NCBI GenBank assembly: GCA_041303415.1
Contig: JBFYPG010000100.1
Location: 3,825-67,824 of the forward strand
Length of the DNA stretch: 64,000 bases
Direction of reading: 5' to 3'
Source of the DNA: Bacteroidales bacterium
GTDB taxonomy: Bacteria; Bacteroidota; Bacteroidia; Bacteroidales; VadinHA17
In this document: in pieces, positions 45,182 to 57,260 of the stretch
Numbering within the stretch: position 1 is the first letter of the stretch
How the letters are laid out: every line of letters begins with the position of its first letter
Translations under genes and position numbers: made by a program
Notes under the pieces: generated by a model
The model's database searches: none
What the model saw: the letters and a program-made list of their open reading frames with translations, nothing else
Told to the model about the DNA's origin: nothing

Positions 45182-46099
45182 ATGATTGTCCACCTGAGGA
45201 ACAGCGATATAGACACTGCAAAGTGGGATAAATGCGTGAGCGGCACGCCCGGTGTAAAACCTTATGGTTATTCATGGTACCTGAATATAATGTCCCCCGG
45301 ATGGGAGGCGCTTGTTGAGGACGATTACTCCTCGGTATTCCCTCTTCCCGCATACAGGAAATATGGTATAGACTATCTGTCAACTCCGGCTTTCACTCAA
45401 AGGCTGGGACTCTTCTCATCATCAGCAGATTTAAAGACAAAAATCAATGCTTTCCTGGAAAACATCCCTGACCGCTTCAGACTGGCAGATCTCTGCATCA
45501 GTCAGGAGGCTGTCAGCAATGAATTCGTTATTATTCCCAGGGTGAATTATGAGCTGGATATGTCACACGAATATGACCATCTGTATGAAAGTTTCTCGCA
45601 TCACTGCAAGCGCAACATTGATGTGTCAGCCAGGGAGAAACATGACCTGGTTTCAGATATCCGTCCTGAAGAACTTGTTGCACTGTTCAGGAAAAACAGG
45701 GGCCATGAGATAAGGGAGCTCAGCGATGTTCATTACAACCGGCTTATTGAACTCATTGGTCATTGCGTGAGTAACAGCAAGGGAAGGTTAGTCGGGGTAA
45801 GGGATGCCGGTAGAAAGCTGATATCCGGAATATTCCTGGTTGAAAGTGACGGCAACAGGATAATGCTCCTGGTAGTCAATACATCTCAGAGCCGCGAAAA
45901 GAGACTGGGGTATTATGCTGTTAATGAATTGATAAAAGAGTCAGCAGGCACAAAGACCATCCTTGATTTTGAAGGCTCCTCCATTCCTTCTGTCGCCTCA
46001 TTTATGCAGTCGTTCGGAAGCTGTAACGTCCCGTATTACCGGATATACCGCAACAATCTGCCATGGATAATCAAAGGCGTAAAGGCGTTAAGGCATTAA
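45182..46099 (+). CDS. Uncharacterised protein, possibly a FemAB/GNAT-like acyltransferase fold
   Basis: 305 aa, soluble. Only a weak resemblance (WDKCV..YGYSWYLNIMSPGWEALV). The last 9 codons (KGVKALRH) lie inside the octamer repeat array. Confidence 0.35.
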   Translation: MIVHLRNSDIDTAKWDKCVSGTPGVKPYGYSWYLNIMSPGWEALVEDDYSSVFPLPAYRKYGIDYLSTPAFTQRLGLFSSSADLKTKINAFLENIPDRFRLADLCISQEAVSNEFVIIPRVNYELDMSHEYDHLYESFSHHCKRNIDVSAREKHDLVSDIRPEELVALFRKNRGHEIRELSDVHYNRLIELIGHCVSNSKGRLVGVRDAGRKLISGIFLVESDGNRIMLLVVNTSQSREKRLGYYAVNELIKESAGTKTILDFEGSSIPSVASFMQSFGSCNVPYYRIYRNNLPWIIKGVKALRH

Positions 46100-46231
46100 G
46101 GCATTAAGGCATTAAGGCATTAAGGCATTAAGGCATTAAGGCATTAAGGCATTAGGGCAATAAGGCAATAGAGCATTAAGGCTTTAGGGTATTGGGGTCT
46201 TAACGCCTTAACGCCTTATCGCCTTAAAGCC
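46073..46231. repeat. Octamer array followed by its own inverted complement
   Basis: The array is 2x AAAGGCGT, 8x perfect TAAGGCAT and about 6 degenerate units (46073-46200). The inverted part is CTTAACGCCTTAACGCCTTATCGCCTTAAAGCC (46199-46231). It spans the gap between convergent genes and overlaps both stop codons, so it may act as a bidirectional terminator-like hairpin. Confidence 0.9.
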
Positions 46232-46940
46232 TTTCAACATCTATCTCCTGGTCGAGGTTGACCTCGGTCAGCTTTTCGTTTTCGCATTTGACCGTGCGGG
46301 CCGGGAATTTTTTCAGGATGGTATAGTTGTGTGTGGCGACAACAACAGCCCTCCCTGTCTTGCTGATATCAACCAGCAGTTTTATGATGCCTTCGGATGT
46401 TTCAGGATCAAGGTTGCCTGTGGGCTCATCAGCCAGGATAATGTCAGGATCGTTCAGCAAAGCTCTCCCGATGACGACACGCTGCTGCTCACCTCCCGAA
46501 AGCTGATGTGGCATTTTATAGCCTTTCAGTCCCAATCCTACTTTTTCAAGCACCTCGCCGATCCTGGTACTTATCTCGTTCCTGTTTTTCCACCCGGTTG
46601 CCTTCAGTACAAATTCAAGATTGTCATGCACCGACCTGTCGGTAAGAAGCTGGAAATCCTGGAAGACAATTCCCAGTTTTCTCCGGAGCATCGGAATATC
46701 TTTGGTTCTCAGCTTTGACAGGTTGTATCCGGCAACGATACCGGTACCCTCTTTCAGCGGGATCTGCGCGTTCAATGTTTTTATCAGGCTGGTTTTCCCG
46801 CTTCCGACCCTCCCGACGAGGTACATGAATTCACCTTTTCTTACGCTCAGGTTCACACTCGAAAGGACAAGATGATCATGCTGCCAGATAAGGCATTCTT
46901 TCAGTTCAATAATCACGTCAAGAGGAAGGATTTCCTGCAT
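46224..46940 (-). CDS. ftsE: ABC-type ATPase, FtsE-like
   Basis: Walker [10 protein letters not shown], signature LSGGEQQR, Walker [13 protein letters not shown], size 238 aa. No FtsX-like permease is adjacent, so the FtsE assignment is tentative. Confidence 0.65.
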   Translation of the reverse strand: MQEILPLDVIIELKECLIWQHDHLVLSSVNLSVRKGEFMYLVGRVGSGKTSLIKTLNAQIPLKEGTGIVAGYNLSKLRTKDIPMLRRKLGIVFQDFQLLTDRSVHDNLEFVLKATGWKNRNEISTRIGEVLEKVGLGLKGYKMPHQLSGGEQQRVVIGRALLNDPDIILADEPTGNLDPETSEGIIKLLVDISKTGRAVVVATHNYTILKKFPARTVKCENEKLTEVNLDQEIDVERL

Positions 46941-47168
46941 TTCCCGGCCATTTTGCGTGCAAAATACTGAAAGAATTGATAACTAACATTTGGATGTTGA
47001 TAAAATCAATAATAAAGCCCGGCCGCCGGCGTTTAATAATTGTAATTTTACAACTGATTTTTAAAAGTGAAGTGTGTTATATATGGCTATAAATTAATCT
47101 GTTACGGGGGATCTGAACTTTCAGCCGGCAAAACGGATAAAAAAGGGAAAAGCCAAAAGGGACAAGTT

Positions 47169-50100
47169 ATGAACAGAAACAGGTACTTTACTACTCTCAG
47201 CCTCCTTGTTATATTCTCATTAAATGCCGTATCCCAGGTTGTTTTTACAGGGAATGAACTGGCATCTGATCTTACCCGCGGAATGGAACTCTTCAATAAG
47301 GAAAAGTATGCTGCAGCCATCAGGCTTCTTGACTCTTTTATCAGGGATAACGAAGACCAGAACAATATCATGGTTTCCGAAGCGGAGTATTACAGGTCGG
47401 CTGCTTCTATTGCGCTTTTCAATCCCGATGCCGAATACAGGATGGTATCATACATACGCACACATCCCGGGAGCCCGAGGATAAATGAAGCATACCTGGC
47501 TCTGGGCGATTACTTCTACCAGAACAAGAATTACAGGAAGGCCGTGACCTATTTTGAAGAGGTCAACCGGCAGGAGTTGTCGCAGGAGAAGCTTCCGGAG
47601 TATTATTTCCGACTCGGCTATTCTCATTTTATAAGGGGCGAAAAGCCGAGAGCCCTCCTGATGTTCTCAGAAATAAAGGATATCGACACTGAATATACTG
47701 CGCCGGCTTTATATTATTTCTCCCATATTGCCTACGAACAGGAGATGTACCAGGCAGCAATGGATGGTTTTTCAAGGCTCAGGGAGGATGAGACTTTCGG
47801 AAGCGTTGTTCCATTCTACATTGTTCAGATACTCTATCTTCAGAAAGACTACGATCAGATCCTTGAGATAGCTCCCTCCCTTATTAATTCTGCCGGGAAG
47901 GAGAGGGCTGTTGAGCTCTACAGGTTCATTGGCGATGCATATTACAACAAGGGCAATTTCAGTGAAGCGCTGCCCTATCTCGAAAAATTTTCCACGGGCA
48001 CGAAAATAAGCGGCAGGGAGGATCAGTATCAGCTGGCTTATTGCTATTATAAAACGGGTGACCTGGACAAGGCAATAAAAATGCTCAGGGAGATCGATTC
48101 CCGGAATGATCTGTTAAGCCAGAACATCTGGTATATACTTGGCGATTGCTATCTGCAGAAAGGTGACAGGAAGCGTGCGCAGTTCGGTTTCTCGGAAGCC
48201 TCAAAGCTTGATTTTGACAAGAAGATAAAGGAGGATGCTCTGTTTAATTATGCCAAGATCACCTACGAGACTTCATACTCCCCGTTCGGTGAGGCCACCG
48301 CCTCATTCCAGAAATACATTGAGCTTTATCCGGGCTCCGAAAGGATCCAGGAGGTGTATAATTACCTGGTATCTACATATTTGCAGGCAAAGAACTATAA
48401 GGCGGCCCTTGCCTCACTCGACAGGATAAGGAACAAGGAGAGCCAGCTCGAGGAGGCATACCAGAGAGTGGCTTTCTTCAGGGGGTTGGAGCTTTTTAAA
48501 AATATGGAGCTTCAGGCTGCTGCGGACATGTTCGATAAGTCGCTGAAATACGGGAGGTACGACCGCCAGCTGAAATCCAGGGCAGTTTACTGGAGAGGCG
48601 AAGCCAATTACAGGCTTGGCAACCTGGAAAATGCAAAAGCCGACTTTACCGAATTTATGGCCCTGCCCGGATCGATGCAGCCTGGCGAATCAAACCTGGT
48701 CAGGTACAACCTGGGATACACACTCTATAATCTTCAGGATTACTCAAATGCCCTGACACACCTGAAGGCATTTGAATCGAATGTCGCGAATGTGCGTCCT
48801 GAAGTGATGGCTGATGCACGCAACAGGATAGGCGACTGTTATTACATCACAATGAGTTATCCAGAGGCGATAAGCTATTACGACAAGGTGATCGACTTCG
48901 GCAAGATCGATGCAGATTATGCAATGTTCCAGAAGGGATTCTCCCTGGGACTCATGAATGATGAACGCGGCAAGGCTGATGTACTTACACTCCTTACGAC
49001 CAGATACCCCTCATCGGCATATGTCCCAAATGCTATATTCGAAAGGGGCAGGGCATACCTGCTGCTTAATGAGTTCACCAGGGGCGAAGCAGATTTCAAT
49101 ACTATCATAAATTCATACCCGGCAACTCCTTTTGTACCGCGGGCCATGGTTCAGCTGGGGCTGCTTTACTACAACACAGGACAGAACGGGAAGGCTGTTG
49201 AACAGTATAAGAAGGTGATTGAAAACTACAAGTCGACGCCTGAAGCGCGTTATGCACTGACAGGGCTCAGGAATGCCTATGTTGAGATGAATGATGTGGA
49301 AGGATATTTTACATATATCAAGACGCTCCAGGGTTACGGCGATGTCAACCTTGCAGAGAAGGATTCCCTTCTGTATACTTCCGGAGAGAACCTATATATC
49401 ACAGGAAATTATGGAAGAGCTGCAGAGGTGTTCAGGAATTACCTGACTGAATTCCCTAATGGAAGCTTTCTGCAGAATGCACAGTTTTACCTGGCAGAGA
49501 GCCTGAATGCATCAGGGGGAAGCAGGGAGGAGTCCCTGAAATATTATACTGCCGTGGCAGGTGCGCCGAATAACCAGTTTACAGAACAGTCGCTTATCGC
49601 CGCCTCAGGCATTTTTTATGGTCTTGAGGATTTCGCCAGCTCACTGAAATATTATGAAATGCTTGAACAGTCGGCAAGTAATTCAGAAAATAAGATCATT
49701 GCCCTCAGGGGCGGACTCCGTTCTGCTTACCAGCTGGGCGATGCCCAGAAGTCAATTACTACAGCTGATAAAGTAATCAATACCGTTAATGTTCCCGAGG
49801 AGCTTTTCAGGGAGGCAGTCTTCATGAAGGCCAAGGCAAATTACAGCCTTAATAATTTCAGTGAAGCCCTGGCCGATTTCAGAAGAACCTCATATGAGGT
49901 CGCAAGCGTTGAGGGCGCAGAATCAAAATACAGGGTTGCTGAACTGCTGTTCAAAGACAACCAGGTAACTGAATCTGAGAAAGTCATTAATGAATTCATC
50001 GACCAGAATACTCCTCATCAGTACTGGATGGCAAGAATGTTCATCCTGCTGTCGGACATAAGCGTCAGCAAGGGCGATAAACTGCAGGCACGGGCAACAC

Positions 50101-50192
50101 TGCAGAGCCTGAAGGACTATTATACGATCGACAACGACGGAATTCTTGATGAGGTCAAGGCAAAACTTGATGCGCTGGGCCAGAGCAACTGA
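47169..50192 (+). CDS. Large secreted tetratricopeptide-repeat protein
   Basis: Trimmed to ATG 47169 (MNRNRYFTTLSLLVIFSLNAVSQ signal). More than 15 TPR-like units (A..Y..G.yy...Y..A). Followed 26 nt later by the beta-barrel gene. Confidence 0.8.
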   Translation: MNRNRYFTTLSLLVIFSLNAVSQVVFTGNELASDLTRGMELFNKEKYAAAIRLLDSFIRDNEDQNNIMVSEAEYYRSAASIALFNPDAEYRMVSYIRTHPGSPRINEAYLALGDYFYQNKNYRKAVTYFEEVNRQELSQEKLPEYYFRLGYSHFIRGEKPRALLMFSEIKDIDTEYTAPALYYFSHIAYEQEMYQAAMDGFSRLREDETFGSVVPFYIVQILYLQKDYDQILEIAPSLINSAGKERAVELYRFIGDAYYNKGNFSEALPYLEKFSTGTKISGREDQYQLAYCYYKTGDLDKAIKMLREIDSRNDLLSQNIWYILGDCYLQKGDRKRAQFGFSEASKLDFDKKIKEDALFNYAKITYETSYSPFGEATASFQKYIELYPGSERIQEVYNYLVSTYLQAKNYKAALASLDRIRNKESQLEEAYQRVAFFRGLELFKNMELQAAADMFDKSLKYGRYDRQLKSRAVYWRGEANYRLGNLENAKADFTEFMALPGSMQPGESNLVRYNLGYTLYNLQDYSNALTHLKAFESNVANVRPEVMADARNRIGDCYYITMSYPEAISYYDKVIDFGKIDADYAMFQKGFSLGLMNDERGKADVLTLLTTRYPSSAYVPNAIFERGRAYLLLNEFTRGEADFNTIINSYPATPFVPRAMVQLGLLYYNTGQNGKAVEQYKKVIENYKSTPEARYALTGLRNAYVEMNDVEGYFTYIKTLQGYGDVNLAEKDSLLYTSGENLYITGNYGRAAEVFRNYLTEFPNGSFLQNAQFYLAESLNASGGSREESLKYYTAVAGAPNNQFTEQSLIAASGIFYGLEDFASSLKYYEMLEQSASNSENKIIALRGGLRSAYQLGDAQKSITTADKVINTVNVPEELFREAVFMKAKANYSLNNFSEALADFRRTSYEVASVEGAESKYRVAELLFKDNQVTESEKVINEFIDQNTPHQYWMARMFILLSDISVSKGDKLQARATLQSLKDYYTIDNDGILDEVKAKLDALGQSN

Positions 50193-50218
50193 TAAAGAGA
50201 AATAAAAACTATCTCCTG

Positions 50219-51928
50219 ATGAAACGAATACTCATCATAAAACTCCTGATAATCCTGGTAATCATACCTGTTTCTGCCCAGACCGGACAGCAGGACCTTA
50301 AGAGGGAAGTTACCCTGTACAATCCATACAAACCGTCGCTTGCGCCTGCAAAAAAGAGAAGCTTCCTTCCCGACATGAACGACACATCACGGATCAAACC
50401 TCAGTTCAGCTATGATATCGCCATTAAGCCATTTATGCCGGAATACACCATCAGCCCGATAAAAGCTGCATCTCTTCTTCCTGATCCCCTGCCCAGGCTT
50501 TATAAAAGCTATGTTAACCTGGGGATCGGCAATTATATTACTCCTTTTGCGGAGCTGAGCATCACAAATGAACGTTCCAAAAAAGGGGCTGTGGGTTTAT
50601 ATGCAAGGCATTTCTCATCCAACGGAAAGGTTAAGCTTCTGAACGAAGAGAAGGCTTTTGCAGGATATATGGATAACGATGCCTCACTCTTCGGAAGAAA
50701 ATTCTTCAGGTATAGTTACCTTGAAGGATCGGTGGATTACAAACAGAAAACCAGGTATGCCTATGGTTATGATACAATCCTGACAGGTTATGAACCTGAA
50801 AAGAAGGATATAAGGCTTGGATACAATAATCTGTCTGCTGATATTTCCTATGCATCCCTTACGCTCGATTCTGCAAAGTTCTCCTATGACTTTGATGCAA
50901 ACTATGATTTCTTCTTCAGCACCGGAGATATGTTCCAGCATAATGCAGGGCTTAGAGGTACGATGGCTACACTATTTAAAGGATTTTATGCAGGATCGGA
51001 TCTGAAGCTTGATTTTTTCATTCCCTCAAAAACCATTTACGATAAGCTGAAATACATTGTTTCATTTTCTCCTTTCGTAAAAAAGAGCACATCACAGTGG
51101 AATTTCAAGGCAGGATTTGAGCTGCTGCTCGATCAGAATATGAATGACAAGCCTGCTTTTCATCTGTATCCTGATGTGAGGTTCGGATTCAGCGTTGTGC
51201 CTGAATATGTCAGCTTTTTTGCGGCACTGAACGGGAAGCTTGAGGTGAATCAGCCAAAGGACATCATTGATTATAATCCTTTCCTGATGAATGACGGCAG
51301 CCTCTATACTCTTACCAATACTGATCATTCGCTCATAGTCTCGGCAGGGTTGAAAGGGAATACAGGAATAGACGGTAATTATCTTTTTTCTGCTTCTTAT
51401 TCCATGATTGACAGCATGCTGTTCTTCTCCAATTTCCTTTATAGCGGACTTGTATTTATACCTGAAAACGGAAATCATTTCATACCCCTATATGACGATG
51501 GCGAACTGCTGAATATTCATGGCGAAATAACTGGGGAAATAACTGATAAGATAACATACCTGGGAGTTGCAAACTTCTACAATTACACCCTTTCAAATTA
51601 CGACTATGCCTGGAATAAACCGGAATGGGACGGCAAAATTGGAATAAAGTACAATCTGAGGGAAAAAATTATAGCAGGTTTGGATATAAATGTACTGGGC
51701 AAACGGAACCTGATGACAACAAGAACGAATGTTCTCTTTGGAACTACAGTTATAACTATGGAAGAGCCGGTCCATTTTAACTTCAATTTTAGCGCTGAAT
51801 ACCGCTACACCAAAATACTCTCTTTCTGGCTTAAGCTTAACAATATTGCCATCAGGCCCTACAATGAGTGGGCATATTACCCCGGACAGAGGTTTATTGG
51901 TATGATAGGGTTTACGTATAGTCTGTAA
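50219..51928 (+). CDS. Outer-membrane beta-barrel protein (putative porin-like family)
   Basis: Signal MKRILIIKLLIILVIIPVSAQ. Y/F/N/G-rich alternating beta-strand pattern throughout, C-terminal strand IGMIGFTYSL. Confidence 0.5.
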   Translation: MKRILIIKLLIILVIIPVSAQTGQQDLKREVTLYNPYKPSLAPAKKRSFLPDMNDTSRIKPQFSYDIAIKPFMPEYTISPIKAASLLPDPLPRLYKSYVNLGIGNYITPFAELSITNERSKKGAVGLYARHFSSNGKVKLLNEEKAFAGYMDNDASLFGRKFFRYSYLEGSVDYKQKTRYAYGYDTILTGYEPEKKDIRLGYNNLSADISYASLTLDSAKFSYDFDANYDFFFSTGDMFQHNAGLRGTMATLFKGFYAGSDLKLDFFIPSKTIYDKLKYIVSFSPFVKKSTSQWNFKAGFELLLDQNMNDKPAFHLYPDVRFGFSVVPEYVSFFAALNGKLEVNQPKDIIDYNPFLMNDGSLYTLTNTDHSLIVSAGLKGNTGIDGNYLFSASYSMIDSMLFFSNFLYSGLVFIPENGNHFIPLYDDGELLNIHGEITGEITDKITYLGVANFYNYTLSNYDYAWNKPEWDGKIGIKYNLREKIIAGLDINVLGKRNLMTTRTNVLFGTTVITMEEPVHFNFNFSAEYRYTKILSFWLKLNNIAIRPYNEWAYYPGQRFIGMIGFTYSL

Positions 51929-51964
51929 AGAATACAAGTACTCAACCCTAAACCTCCTCTTTTT

Positions 51965-52238
51965 CACACGTACCCACCCCCTTGATCCCCTCTTTTTTTC
52001 ACACGTACCCACCCCCTTGATCCCCCTCCCTGCTGGCGCAAGGAGGGGGAAACTAATTCATTCACAGTCTGTTGGAGCCCCCTCCTTACGAAGTAGGGAG
52101 AGCCTGCACTGAGCGAAGCGAAGTGGGGTTGGGGCGTGGGTACATGCCTCCCATGGAGGGATAACTACATAATATCCAGGACATTAAAGCCCCCTGCCTT
52201 GCGTCAGCAGGGAAGGGGGTTTGGGGGAAGGGTACGTG
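51965..52238. repeat. Nested inverted-repeat (MITE-like) block of G/C5-rich words
   Basis: The left arm is CACACGTACCCACCCCCTTGATCCCCCTCCCTGCTGGCGCAAGGAGGGGG (52000-52049), with a partial direct duplicate at 51965-51990. The right arm (52189-52238) is its approximate reverse complement, GCCCCCTGCCTTGCGTCAGCAGGGAAGGGGGTTTGGGGGAAGGGTACGTG. A third arm-end copy sits at 52125-52146. Confidence 0.8.
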
Positions 52239-52521
52239 GCGAAAAGGAATCTGATTTTCACTGTTAATTTCTACATCAGATTGTGCATAAATATTATTGA
52301 TATTTAACATTAAAAACGGTTAAAAATCCGTATATTTGTAGTATTAATTAAGATGCATGATTTCAGTTATTTACAATATGTGAAGAGTGGCTTTTTCTGA
52401 GTGCTGGCTAATATTGAAAACCAATCCCCCGGAAAATCATTTTTAATGTCAGTTATAAAGGAGAAAAGGAAGGTTCTCTTCATGGGTTGTTGATAATTAA
52501 ATTGATGAAGAAAAAGGATAA

Positions 52522-54489
<1,968 letters not shown>

Positions 54490-54490
54490 T

Positions 54491-55603
54491 TCAGGTCCCG
54501 AAAAGTTTCCTGCGGATATTAACCGCGTGATACTGACAGACTTCTGAACAGCAGAAACACCTGATGCATTTACTGTCGGTAAGCACAACCCGGTTCTTCT
54601 TTTCACTGTGCATGGTGATGGCATTTACCGGGCATATCTTTATGCACTCCCCGCAGCCTGTGCAGTTTTTGTGAATGAATACCGGCCTTCGCTCTAACTT
54701 CCTGAGGAACCTGAGCCTGTTTGAAACGAACTTAAGTGAAATATTTTTACCGGCAGTGACCGGGATCCTTTTAAAGTCCTCTTTTATCAGTGATTTCAGT
54801 CCGGGTCCGTTATATATTATATCACTTGCATGACTTAACCATTTTCCTCTTGCAATCGCATCAGAATTGGTCGGTATATCCATCGGGTCATAACCTGCAA
54901 TTGTAGTTGCAACAATATCCAGGGCAAGAGGGTTTGAGGATCCGATGAGCACTCCCGTATCAACAGGTGTTCCCTGACCCGGCCCCTGTCCTTCCATGCC
55001 TGTGATGCCGTCCATAATGAAAAAATGCGGAAGAACAGCTTCATTAAGATCAACAAGAAATTGAGCAAAACTTTTCCTGTTCTGGTGAAGTGCATGCTGC
55101 TTCGCTTTGGTGAAACCAGGGACAAGACCCAGTGTGTTTTTTATTGCTCCTGTAAAATATACAAGCTCATGATTCTTGAATTTTGGGAGAGAAATTATGA
55201 GATCGGCCTCATCAGCTATTGAGGCGATCTTAATCCTTCCCTTTGGAAGAGGCCTCTCTGACGGATTCTTAGTAAAATCGATCCAGGGGATGCCGGTCTT
55301 TTCGCAAACCTGGAAAATCCCTGATTTCACTGGTTTCATTCCCCTCAGGTGTATTGACGGGGAATCACCTGCAAGTACCTCTGCACCTTTTGACTGAAGA
55401 AACCTGATGACTGCTTCAAATACAACAGGATGTGTGGTTACACATTTCTCAGGCTCCCTGTCGGCAAGGATGTTGGGTTTGACAAGAACCTTTTTCCCGC
55501 TTACTTCAGGACCTTCACAAAAATCGTATATCTCTGAAACAAGATTATATACCTTATTATAATCATATTCCCTGCAAACCCTGACTGCAACCTTTCTGTT
55601 CAT
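54491..55603 (-). CDS. DUF362-domain protein with C-terminal 2x[4Fe-4S] ferredoxin domain
   Basis: 370 aa. N-terminal KVLVKPNIL.. DUF362-like core, then CTGCGECIKICP and CIRCFCCSEVCQ cysteine clusters. Confidence 0.75.
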   Translation of the reverse strand: MNRKVAVRVCREYDYNKVYNLVSEIYDFCEGPEVSGKKVLVKPNILADREPEKCVTTHPVVFEAVIRFLQSKGAEVLAGDSPSIHLRGMKPVKSGIFQVCEKTGIPWIDFTKNPSERPLPKGRIKIASIADEADLIISLPKFKNHELVYFTGAIKNTLGLVPGFTKAKQHALHQNRKSFAQFLVDLNEAVLPHFFIMDGITGMEGQGPGQGTPVDTGVLIGSSNPLALDIVATTIAGYDPMDIPTNSDAIARGKWLSHASDIIYNGPGLKSLIKEDFKRIPVTAGKNISLKFVSNRLRFLRKLERRPVFIHKNCTGCGECIKICPVNAITMHSEKKNRVVLTDSKCIRCFCCSEVCQYHAVNIRRKLFGT

Positions 55604-55686
55604 CTTTAATACTTTTCATAATATTTGTTCATTCCTGTACCTTGTTGTAGTTGAATTATTTAGGGCTGCTCGTCTTAGAGGAAATT

Positions 55687-55764
55687 ACCCCCTTCCTAGC
55701 CTTCCCCCAAGGGGGCAGGAAAGGAAAAATCATTTCCCCCCTGGGGGAGATAAGAAAGGGGGTT
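55687..55764 (-). repeat. G5/C5 double-hairpin element, copy D (reverse orientation)
   Basis: The reverse complement reads AACCCCCTTTCTTATCTCCCCCAGGGGGGAAATGA..CCTGCCCCCTTGGGGGAAGGCTAGGAAGGGGGT. Lies between the PBP4 stop and the DUF362 start. Confidence 0.9.
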
Positions 55765-55823
55765 TTATCAGAGAAAAAAGAGTATAATATTTTATGTTAA
55801 ACATAGGAGGTAGTATTATTTTG

Positions 55824-57260
55824 CTATTGGTTAAGGATAGTTTCTTTAAGGATGTTCTCAATGTGAGTCACAATGTTCCTGGAGGGACCTGTGAAATTAT
55901 TAACAATAATGCAGAATATCAGCTCTTTACCTGATACGGCTTCCAGATAACCTGCGTATGCCCTGACCCGCGTCATGGATCCGCTTTTTGCCGCCAGCCT
56001 GTTTTTAAATACAGGATCCTTGAAATAGTTTTTAAGAGTCCCTTCCCTGCCGGCCTCAGGCAGAGAACTGATAAATACCTCAGGATGTTTGCTCTTTGTC
56101 TTCATGAAGAGCAGCAAACCGGTCAATCCCTCTGCGCTGACTGAATTGAGAGGCGAGAGCCCGCTTCCGTCCGCTATGAAGATGCCTTCGGAATTAATTC
56201 CGGCATCCTTCATAAACTCATCAATAACAACCAGTCCCGAATCAGCTGAGTCATTGTCTTTAAATCTTTTACCAAGCTCTTTGACAAGATGTTCAGCATA
56301 TAAATTTACACTTTCATGATTCAGAACACTTAGAATCTCTTTGAGTGGGGGAGAGGAGATCTTGCTGATTTCAACAAAACTATCTGCACTGCCCTGCTCA
56401 ATTCTGACTGTGGAAGGCTTATCAGTAATTTTTATTCCGGAATTCCTCAACTTTTTATCCAATATCCTTGCTATCAGCAAAGGAGGATCTGTTATTGAAG
56501 CCCTGAGTACAAAATCATTCTCTCCTGCAGGAATTGTTCCTGCCATCCACCCTGTGGTGCTGTAGGGAGCCGCATACACATACCCATGATCCTCCGTTCC
56601 TGATACTTTCAGCATGTCAGTTATCTCAGTCCTGCACTCCTCCGGATTGATCCCTGTGGCCTCATGAGTGAGCCCGTCGGATGATGTTCTGAAGTGTATT
56701 TCGTAAGTATTGTCGTAGACACTTAATCCGTAAACTCCTGCACCATAATAATTGCCTGTATCCTCCCAGAGCCACTTGCCGGGAACAGGCTGGTAATCAA
56801 AGTATGAGTCATCGGTAACGACCTTACCCTTTATATTCCGGATGCCAGCCTTTTTGATTTTTTCTACCCATTCCTGTTCGAAATCCGGGTAGTGTGAATT
56901 GAATGCTTTTGAACCCAGGGCAGGATCTCCTCCTCCCTTAATGATAATGTTGCCTTTAAGCACTCCTGTCCGGTTGTTCAGTATTCCGTTATATCCTGTT
57001 GCAGTTGTGAAAGTGTGATCAGGTCCCAGTAATTCGAGGGCGGCCGATGTTGTTACAAGCTTCATTACCGAAGCAGGAATCAGGCTTTTGCCGGAATTGT
57101 GATCATATATGGTTAACCCGCTCTCTGCATCGATCAGGTGAAATGAGACACTTCCGGATCTCATTGATGAGTCTGCAAGAAAAGCCTCAAATGCACTCTG
57201 CTGCGAGAAAAGCGACTGGCTGATCAGTGCAAACAGCAAAAGAGTAATGTTTCTCATCAT
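55824..57260 (-). CDS. dacB: D-alanyl-D-alanine carboxypeptidase/endopeptidase (PBP4, peptidase S13)
   Basis: Signal peptide. SVMKLVTT (SxxK) and AKSGSM (KxG) motifs. Size and layout match the PBP4 family. Confidence 0.8.
   Translation of the reverse strand: MMRNITLLLFALISQSLFSQQSAFEAFLADSSMRSGSVSFHLIDAESGLTIYDHNSGKSLIPASVMKLVTTSAALELLGPDHTFTTATGYNGILNNRTGVLKGNIIIKGGGDPALGSKAFNSHYPDFEQEWVEKIKKAGIRNIKGKVVTDDSYFDYQPVPGKWLWEDTGNYYGAGVYGLSVYDNTYEIHFRTSSDGLTHEATGINPEECRTEITDMLKVSGTEDHGYVYAAPYSTTGWMAGTIPAGENDFVLRASITDPPLLIARILDKKLRNSGIKITDKPSTVRIEQGSADSFVEISKISSPPLKEILSVLNHESVNLYAEHLVKELGKRFKDNDSADSGLVVIDEFMKDAGINSEGIFIADGSGLSPLNSVSAEGLTGLLLFMKTKSKHPEVFISSLPEAGREGTLKNYFKDPVFKNRLAAKSGSMTRVRAYAGYLEAVSGKELIFCIIVNNFTGPSRNIVTHIENILKETILNQ

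Noticed and set aside
46073-46200. Possible CRISPR array (also considered for 12252-12353 and 33291-33380)
   Set aside because: The units are 7-8 nt and directly abutting with no spacers, and no cas genes are present. These are simple tandem repeats.
46224-46940. Firm assignment as the cell-division protein FtsE
   Set aside because: The ATPase motifs are certain, but no FtsX-like permease is adjacent, so the call stays at FtsE-like.
52086-52310. 74-aa minus-strand ORF upstream of gyrB
   Set aside because: It lies entirely within the nested inverted repeats. Its P/S/G-rich sequence is a repeat by-product.
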